Part shown: piece by piece, positions 56,775 to 64,000 of the stretch
Numbering within the stretch: the stretch's first letter is position 1
Layout of the letters: each line of letters starts with the position of its first letter
Source: Tilletiaria anomala UBC 951
Taxonomy: Eukaryota
Reading direction: 5' to 3'
DNA length: 64,000 nucleotides
NCBI RefSeq assembly: GCF_000711695.1
Contig: NW_013547019.1
Coordinates: forward strand, 62,001 to 126,000
Position numbers and translations under genes: made by a program
The notes under the pieces: generated by a model
What the model saw: only the letters and a program-made list of their open reading frames with translations
What the model was told of the DNA's origin: nothing
Database searches by the model: none

Positions 56775-56843
56775 TCACGTGATCTCATTTGTCGCGGTGA
56801 CAAAGCTGCTGCGGAAAAGGACCTCCACATGCACGAACCCTAA
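56775..56843. promoter_or_regulatory. Candidate Cbf1-type (TCACGTGA) and Tbf1/telobox-type (AACCCTAA) sites in the RPS0 promoter
   Basis: TCACGTGA at 56775-56782 and AACCCTAA at 56836-56843, about 150-220 bp upstream of the RPS0 ATG. Confidence 0.4.
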
Positions 56844-56995
56844 GCAGGACTTCTCGCTCGTAACATTCAGCCAACAGCTTTGCGCCGGGTGCTGTCTGGC
56901 AACTTCTTTTCAGATTGCATCCGGCCTACCTTGTCTTCCTGCTTCCCTCACACGCCCCTTTGATCGTTGTACTTGTCCATAACAACACATCGAAA

Positions 56996-58058
56996 ATGGC
57001 CTCTTCCAAGCTCCCAGCTGTCCTCAACGCCACAGAGGAGGACCTTAACCTCCTCCTCGCGGCCCAGACCCACATCGGCACCAAGTGAGCACGTTGCGTC
57101 TGAAGTGCGCAGGTGGCATACCAGACATTGACCCTGCATTCCTGCCTCCCTTTGCTTGCTCTTCCATGTAGGAATGTCGAGAAGGCTATGCTGCCGTACG
57201 TCTTCAAGAGGCGTGCTGATGGCATTCACCTTCTCAACCTAGGCAAGACTTGGGAGAAGATCGTCTTCGCTGCCCGCATTCTCGCGGCCATTGAGAACCC
57301 TGCGGATATTTGTGTGATCAGTGGCAGGCAGTACGGACACCGTGCCGTTCTCAAGTTCGCCTCCAACACTGGCGCAACTGCCATTGCCGGCCGCTTCACT
57401 CCTGGTACCTTCACGAACTACATTGTCCGTTCGTTCAAGGAACCCCGTGTCATCATCGTCACGGACCCGCGCATTGACCACCAGGCCATCCGCGAGGCTT
57501 CTTACGTGAACATCCCTGTCATCGCTCTTTGCGATGCTGACGCTCCGCTCAGGCACGTTGATGTTGCCATCCCTGGTAACAACAAGGCTAAGCACTCCAT
57601 CGGTCTCCTCTGGTGGTTGCTCTGCCGTGAGGTCCTTCGCCTCAAGGGCCAGCTCCGCCGTGACGAGCCTTGGAGCATCATGACCGACATGTTCTTCTAC
57701 CGTGATCCACAAGAGATTGAGCAGGAGCAGGCTGAGGGTGAGATTGCTGCATATGCTCCTATCTGAGGGATTTCAAGCTGACGTAATCATTCTAATTGTC
57801 ACAGCTGCTGCTGCTAAGGCTGCTGCTGCCGGTGCTGAGGCAGACGTTGCCAACCTCGACTACAATGTGGATGCAACTGGCGGTGCTGCTGGCACTCTCA
57901 ACCCCGTCCTCGCGGCCAACATTCCCACTGGCGACGCCAACGTCGACTGGAACGCGGACACGGCCAACCAGGACTGGGCTGCAGATGGCGGTCCCAGCTG
58001 GGAGGCTAGCGCTCCGGTTGAGGTCGCTGCTCAGCAGCCCTCGACGACTTGGGATTAA
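56996..58058 (+). CDS. RPS0: 40S ribosomal protein uS2 (S0/SA)
   Basis: [72 protein letters not shown]-repeat tail. Two introns. Confidence 0.98.
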
Positions 58059-58723
58059 GCTGTTCGATGCCAACTATTAAGGCCAGCCTCTGGCATGGAC
58101 GTGAGGTAGAGCTGCTCTCGCTTGGAAGCTCGACAAAAGAAAATGAAAAATGGGGGCGTTGTCTGGCCTCAACCGTTCGGCTCTTCCTTCGCTTTGGACG
58201 GCTTGGGAAGTTGAATGCTGTCTTTGCTGTCGCCTTGGGCGTCAGTGCCGACACATGCGGTTGAAGAGCTCATATCCGAAGTTCTTTCTTGCAATCTAAA
58301 ATGGCTCGCAAGCTTCGTTTGCTTGCCGGTGTAATTGTAATAGAACAGGTGCAATGAACCGTCTTACCTCAAACACGTTTTCGGTTGATCTTCACTTCGC
58401 TCATTTCATTCTTTTGAATTGCGTTGAAAGTAACTTGAATTGCCCCGAACCAGTACACTTACGGAAACATGGCCCCTTAAGACATGGTCGTTCCATACCT
58501 TCGTCATTCTTGTTCCGTGTCTCATTAAATGTTCCACACCTCACATGGCCACAACGGTACGACGTACAGCGCCGCACCAATCTCCTTGCTTGTTCTGAAC
58601 GTACAATTCGTCGCCAGTATATGTGGTGACTCATTTGCAAAAAGGAATAGGCCTGGAACGTCCCAGCCTGCCGAGATTGTCAGAGAACGTTTCTCAAACT
58701 AGTGCACGCGCTCCCTAGCCATC

Positions 58724-59555
58724 ATGGACAAGCTCTCTTCGTCTTTCGCGGCTACTTCGACTTCGTCGCCCAGCTCCTGTAGGTATGGCGTTCTCATAAC
58801 CGAAGAACAAACAAGCCGTGGCCTTGCTCGATGACCGCATGGAGGCAATAAGCGAGGCACCTCCAGAGGGAAACCAATCCCCATGCTATCAACTTTTGAC
58901 GAACTTGGGCTGACTTGATCCCGTTGCTCATGCCAGGGATCCCGCCAAGCCTGCTGGGCAAATGGCTGTTATTCGTCAGCTCGCTGGCGATTCTCAATTG
59001 CGTACAAAATTATATCGATTATCAGTTCAGCAGAAAGGTCTACACGAGTGGCGGCGCTTCAGGTAAGCTGTGAAAACGGCGCGACGATCGTGGCGCGTTG
59101 CCCATTTAACGTGCTTCCTCCATTTATATGTACGATGGCAGTTACCCCACTATCTGCCAGGACATTTGGCACGTGGAACCTCTTGTCGGCTGTTGTACGG
59201 TTCTACGCAGCGTACAATCTCCATTCGAAACCGTCTGTCCCTCGTTCGCATGTCTGACGGCGACGACCATGAAACTAACCACGAGTTTGCATACGCACTT
59301 GCTCCTTGTGTAGGATCTACGAAGCGTGTATGTGGACGTATGTGATCGCTCTCGGACACTTTGGTAGCGAGGTACTCGCGTTCAAGACTGCAAAGTTCAC
59401 GGCAGGCATAATCAGCCCTCTCATCGTTGCCTGTGGGTTCAAGCTTGTGACCGACATGATTGGGCGTTCCAATATCTGACGACATCCATTTTTGTGTGCC
59501 CGCAGCCACCTCACTCGCCACGATGGCGTTGCAGTACCGCCACTACATTAGGTAG
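58724..59555 (+). CDS. ERG28: Ergosterol biosynthesis scaffold Erg28
   Basis: LLGKWLLFVS, NCVQNY, VTPLSARTFGTWNLLSAVVRFYAAYN, TYVIALGHFGSE, ISPLIVA, MALQYRHY. First exon at 58724 inferred; alternative start at 58930. Confidence 0.92.
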
Positions 59556-59771
59556 TGGACATCGGGAAAAGATGTAACCAACATTGCACTCGGCCTTTTA
59601 TACCCGTGCTGCACGGTTGAAACGCTCCCGCTGACGCGGGGTATGCACGCATCTCTTTACCTGATTATCAGAAGCATTCTTCTCGGTTTATTGGGGATGG
59701 CAAGCGCCCATCGCAGTGAACCACAAGAAAACGGTCCGTAATCAGAGTCGATAAGGGCCTGATAGGTTGCA

Positions 59772-60456
59772 TTACTCCGCTTCGCTGTCACTTTCCGCAT
59801 CCGGCCGCGAGTAGGTCAGTGCATCCGCACCAGGCGCGACCTTCCTTTTCTTATCGCCATCCGCTCCTTCATCAATGCCATCCAATTTCCTCTTGTTGTC
59901 AGATACTGCCGATTGGGCACCTGGAGCGCCATCGGCACCCACTTTTGCCCTTTGTTTCGCCACTTTCCGTTTGTCCCGCCGTGATTTATTTTTGGACGTT
60001 TTCGACTTGAGCTCCGCTTCACGCGCTGCCTGTGCTTGTTCAAAGACGAATTTCTCCTTTTTCTGCAAGACGTACGGCAGCAATGGCAGTGTCAGCCACT
60101 ATCAGGCGATTGACTCGCGCGTGATGGTTCACCTTTTGGTCTTCTGTCTCCATAATCTTTATTCGTTCGTACTCTCTCCGCCTCGCATGCTTGTAGACGT
60201 GAAATTCACCACTACCAGCACCTGCACTGCTACCACTGACGTTCTTCATCATCTCCTTTGGTGGGCGCAGCTGCTTCTCAGTTGTGGATGCAGTTGGTAT
60301 TTTCACCTCCTTCTCGGGGTTTGCCATGAGCTTCTGAAGGTTCGCAGCCTGCTTCTCGGCCGCAGTCATTTGTGAAGGCCGCTTTGAAGGGCCTGCAACT
60401 GCCACACCCGGCATTGGCACCAGAGAGGCCGAGCCTTGTGCAGATCCTGCGTTCAT
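59772..60456 (-). CDS. PRKR-interacting protein 1 (DUF1168), spliceosome-associated
   Basis: LRPPKEMMKNVSGSSAGAGSGEFHVYKHARRREYERIKIME, then KTSKNKSRRDKRK. One intron; start uncertain. Confidence 0.9.
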
Positions 60457-61768
60457 CACGTCCACCTTCAGCTTGAGGGACGGTGGCGACGAGGCGGAGT
60501 TGGACTTGGTAAACTTGGATGAAGCAAGCTCGGCCGGTCTGAAAGGCGCTGAGGTCACTTTTGGTGGCTGTAAGGTCTGTAAAGCGTCAAGCTGATGGGA
60601 CTTATAGCCTTGGCCAGGCTTGCTTCTCCATGCTATGGTTGCAGGCGTCAGGTGCTGGATGTAGACCTAGCCTGTTTGGACATCCAAATCGAGCTGATAT
60701 ATCGGCGATGATCATTCGCTCTGTCTCCCGGTTCTCTGTTCTTTTGACTCCAACGGTATGTACGGTGTTAGCAAGTTGGAATGGGGATTTAGACCAGCAT
60801 TTATTCCGTTCTGGGCAAAACAGTCACAAATAGAGTGAATGCACCCACGGCAGCGCCAATTCTGCCGGTTCGCCGTGCAGAATCCCCGATGCTTTGCGCG
60901 GCCATCCTCTTTACGGGGGTTTCCCCGTATATTCCGACAAGTCCAGACATCAGCCGCGAGTGAGCGCTCCAGTTTCCAGGGCAAGCCCCACGTGGAATGG
61001 TACTGACTGCATCACCTCGACAGCGAACGTGGCAGAGAGCAGAAATCTACATCTGCTGGGACGACGGCGGCGTAAATAACCAATGGTATTCTAAACTGAC
61101 AGCGTCCCTCGTGAACGTCTCAAAAGAACTGTAAAGCTGCCCAGGAACTACGGCCCAAAATGGTATGAATCCTGATGTGTGGATGCTCCAATGGAGAGGC
61201 TCATGCACGATGATTGCCTCCTTGTCGCCGGCGCAGCCTACTGGGAAAGACATTCGAGCAAAGAATCAGCGTGTGAGCAGTACATAAGCGCCGTATATCG
61301 GGCGAGTACTTCACAAATAAAACCATGAGCTCTGGGCTCACGCAGCTTCGCTTCGATCTCGCAGAATGCTGCCACAGCACGCGCCGGCAAGCAGGTGAAG
61401 CGACCGTCATATGCGGAGAGGGCGGCGAACAAGTCACCCGTGAGTGATAAAACCGCTGCTCCAGCTCGGAACAGAAAGCAAAAGGGCTGAAAGGCAAAAC
61501 TCCCTTGCATATTCATACAGGTCCCCCCAGCGCTGCTGTACTTGTTCATCTTTGTCGTGGTGGGAGGCGGTGAGTGCGATCTATGGTTGATCGGGCCGCA
61601 GTGCCAGTGATTGACCGCATATGTGGCGTCGCAGTCTTCTTCGAACTATTGAGGTTTTTTCTTCCATCAACGTCGCAAAAGACGAAGTAACGGGTATAAA
61701 AGCCTAGGGAAAATCTATTATGCAATCGCAAAATGAGTTGTATGCTACAATGAGGTGAAGAAACGTGA

Positions 61769-64000
61769 TCAAGGAAGACCCAGGGCCCCGGCAATGGCTG
61801 CAAGGCACTTTTTCGACAGCTCGTCGTACATCGTCGGCTCGTCCCATTCCATGCGGTTGCTGTGCAGCACATTCTTCGTAGCACCGACTGTGCCGAGCTC
61901 GAATCCCTCCGGAAGGGTGATGGGGACAGCAAGCGCTGTGGAAGTGCCGATGCTAATCTTGTCGAGGTAGTCACTTGTGGAGCGCGGTAGCGCGAGCAGG
62001 TCGGTCAGACAGGAGAATAGAGGTAGCAGATGGACACGTTCCGATTGCATGATGTTGCTGCTGAGATGACTGACAGAGACATAGCTTTCAATCGCTCCAG
62101 GAGGAGATCGAAGGTCGAGGAGGCGTGAAAGCAGATAGTTGAGCTCCTCACTTCGGATTCGAGGAAGTGGCGAGGTTCCGTGGAGCAAAGAATCAGCTGC
62201 GTAAGTTTGCAGTGTGGACTTGCAGCGGTCGAGCAGAAGAGGGAGCAGACGACTGCTGACTCGCTCACGTTGCGCGTCCACTGCGGTGTCGGAACGGTCA
62301 GCACGGTCCTCCTTCACGAGCATAGCGGAGCATCCAGACCAGACTCACATTTGGAGCCTCGAGAGCATGCCAAGAAGAGCAAATCCAGAGTCCAGTACGC
62401 TGTCAGCTCGCGCGGTGTCGGTTTAATTGGAACCGTAAGCCCAGCTGGCCTTTTCCATGTCCCAAGCTGCTTCGCTTTATGTCCTGAGGTCCCGCCATCA
62501 CCGTCTGAGCGCAACCGACCGCCGGCTTCGTCCAGACCCAGGTGGTCACGGACGAAGAGCTCACTGGCCGTCACCAGCGCTTGTGCAAGTCGATCGATGA
62601 TCGCATCGGGCGTTCTCTCCGTGCCTATGGCGTTGAGGACCGAGCGCTCGATGGTAGAGAGCAGGAGTAAATCAAACACCTGGTCCTCCTGCAGTTGGAC
62701 GTAGTTCTGCGATGTGTCAGAAATAACCCGAGGTGATAGAGCAGCCTCCAAGAGCGCAACGATGTGCACCCAGCAGTCTGTGAAACCTTCCTGCGGAAGG
62801 CTTTGGTTAGTATTTAGGCGTACGATCGCTAGACTCAAAATGCGACATGCGACCACAGTGACAATCTTCCACAGGGGTGGAAGTGTCCCATTGGAGCTCG
62901 AAGATGGGCAACCGTATCGAAGCTGCATCGGAATAGCAAGCGCCTAACAATGCATAACGGGTCAGCTGGGTTGTAAGAAACCATGGATACACTCCTCGAC
63001 TCACAGCCAGCATTGCAGAAAGCGCACCGTCAGTGTACACTTCCACTTCTTGATGCCACTGCTCGTAGAGCCGCTGCATGTCCTGCAACGATGTCTTGCA
63101 AAGCGCGACAAACGTAAAGTTTGTTTCGTCATCATTGACAACTGCCAACGTGCTCAATTGCGCCAGTTCGGTCAAAACGAGCGCTCGCGAGCCCAGTACA
63201 GGTGTGATGGAGAGCATCAATTCACGTACAGCGGCTTGCAATGGCGTCAAAGCATCGACGTCTCGCGGCGCGTCTACAGCCGATGGGAATGTGAGAAGCG
63301 CTTTGAGACCATCAAATAGAGTACGAAGGCGCCCGACGTCGAATTCGTGAGCTGTACGCTTGTAGATGGCCGATGCAACGTTCACATTGCCGACCATGTT
63401 CTTCTGGGACAGATATGGCATGTTATCCACGCACCGTGCATCTGAGGTCAGGCCGACCCAATGCCTCCACGCAACGCCATGTGCTGCATGGTGTCTTGCT
63501 TCCGCTTGGTCGTTTTCGTAGGCCACCTCGGCATTCAATACGGTCACTTTGGCTTCAATTGCCGCTTGGGAAAGGTTGGTCGGTCCAGCGCGGAACGTCT
63601 CATCCAGCAGTTGCATCAGCTGTGCCCATATGCCGCCAAAGTCTGGGCATGAGATAATTTTCGTTGGGAGATATTCAGCAAAGACTTTGCCGAGACGTGC
63701 AATTGAGAGCGACCTCGAAACGACCCTTTGCTTCCATTCGCTCTGGGCCTCTCCCAGGATCTCTTTCCACTTGTCGTCCGCTTGATCAGCAGTGCCGGCA
63801 CGCTCTGCTGCTTCCTGGCCTTCCGCGAGAGCTTTCTGCAAAGGATATAAGTTCTTGAGTAAGGTGCTTTGCCAAAGCGTCGAGTCAAAAGACGAGCCGT
63901 ATTGCTCGAGTACACGGAAGAGGGCACTGATAGCGGCATTGCGGATGTCTGAGCGGGCGTCCAAGCACATGTCCGCAGTGCGCTGGAGCAAATGCATCCA
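61769..64000 (-). CDS. MON2: Mon2 endosomal Arf-GEF-like protein, C-terminal part (5' end beyond window)
   Basis: DARSDIRNAAISALFRVL, PRDVDALTPLQ, TFVALCK, PMQLRYGCP, PLWK, RELTAYWTLDLLF, PLPRIRSEELNYLL, VHLLPLF. Two introns visible. Confidence 0.88.

Overview
Gene-dense, intron-rich (GT..AG, mostly 60-100 nt), GC-rich eukaryotic DNA from a fungus. The gene set and style fit a basidiomycete, probably Ustilaginomycotina (inference). I can support about 24 protein-coding genes: MTG2-like Obg GTPase, MET3, SNAPc50, COX18, SYN8, a Uds1 coiled-coil protein, ERV46, a homeodomain/PH-like TF, carnitine acetyltransferase, DAP1, BET4, a CIA30/PIG-P gene, CDC1-like phosphoesterase, RPN14, GLO1, ataxin-3, ATG27, a zf-4CXXC_R1/WHIM chromatin protein, PBS2, KRE6/SKN1, RPS0, ERG28, PRKRIP1 and MON2. 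There is also one intron-containing tRNA-Gly(CCC). I see no mobile element, CRISPR array or secondary-metabolite cluster. The most notable observations are: (1) an apparent in-frame fusion of a CIA30-family domain to PIG-P/Gpi19, head-to-head with the GPI-remodelling CDC1 gene; (2) a candidate intronic H/ACA snoRNA divergent from RPS0; (3) a degenerate CDCA7-type zinc finger; (4) a WMQN homeodomain; (5) an A1:U72 tRNA-Gly. Gene models were spliced by eye and family calls come from remembered motifs, not database searches.
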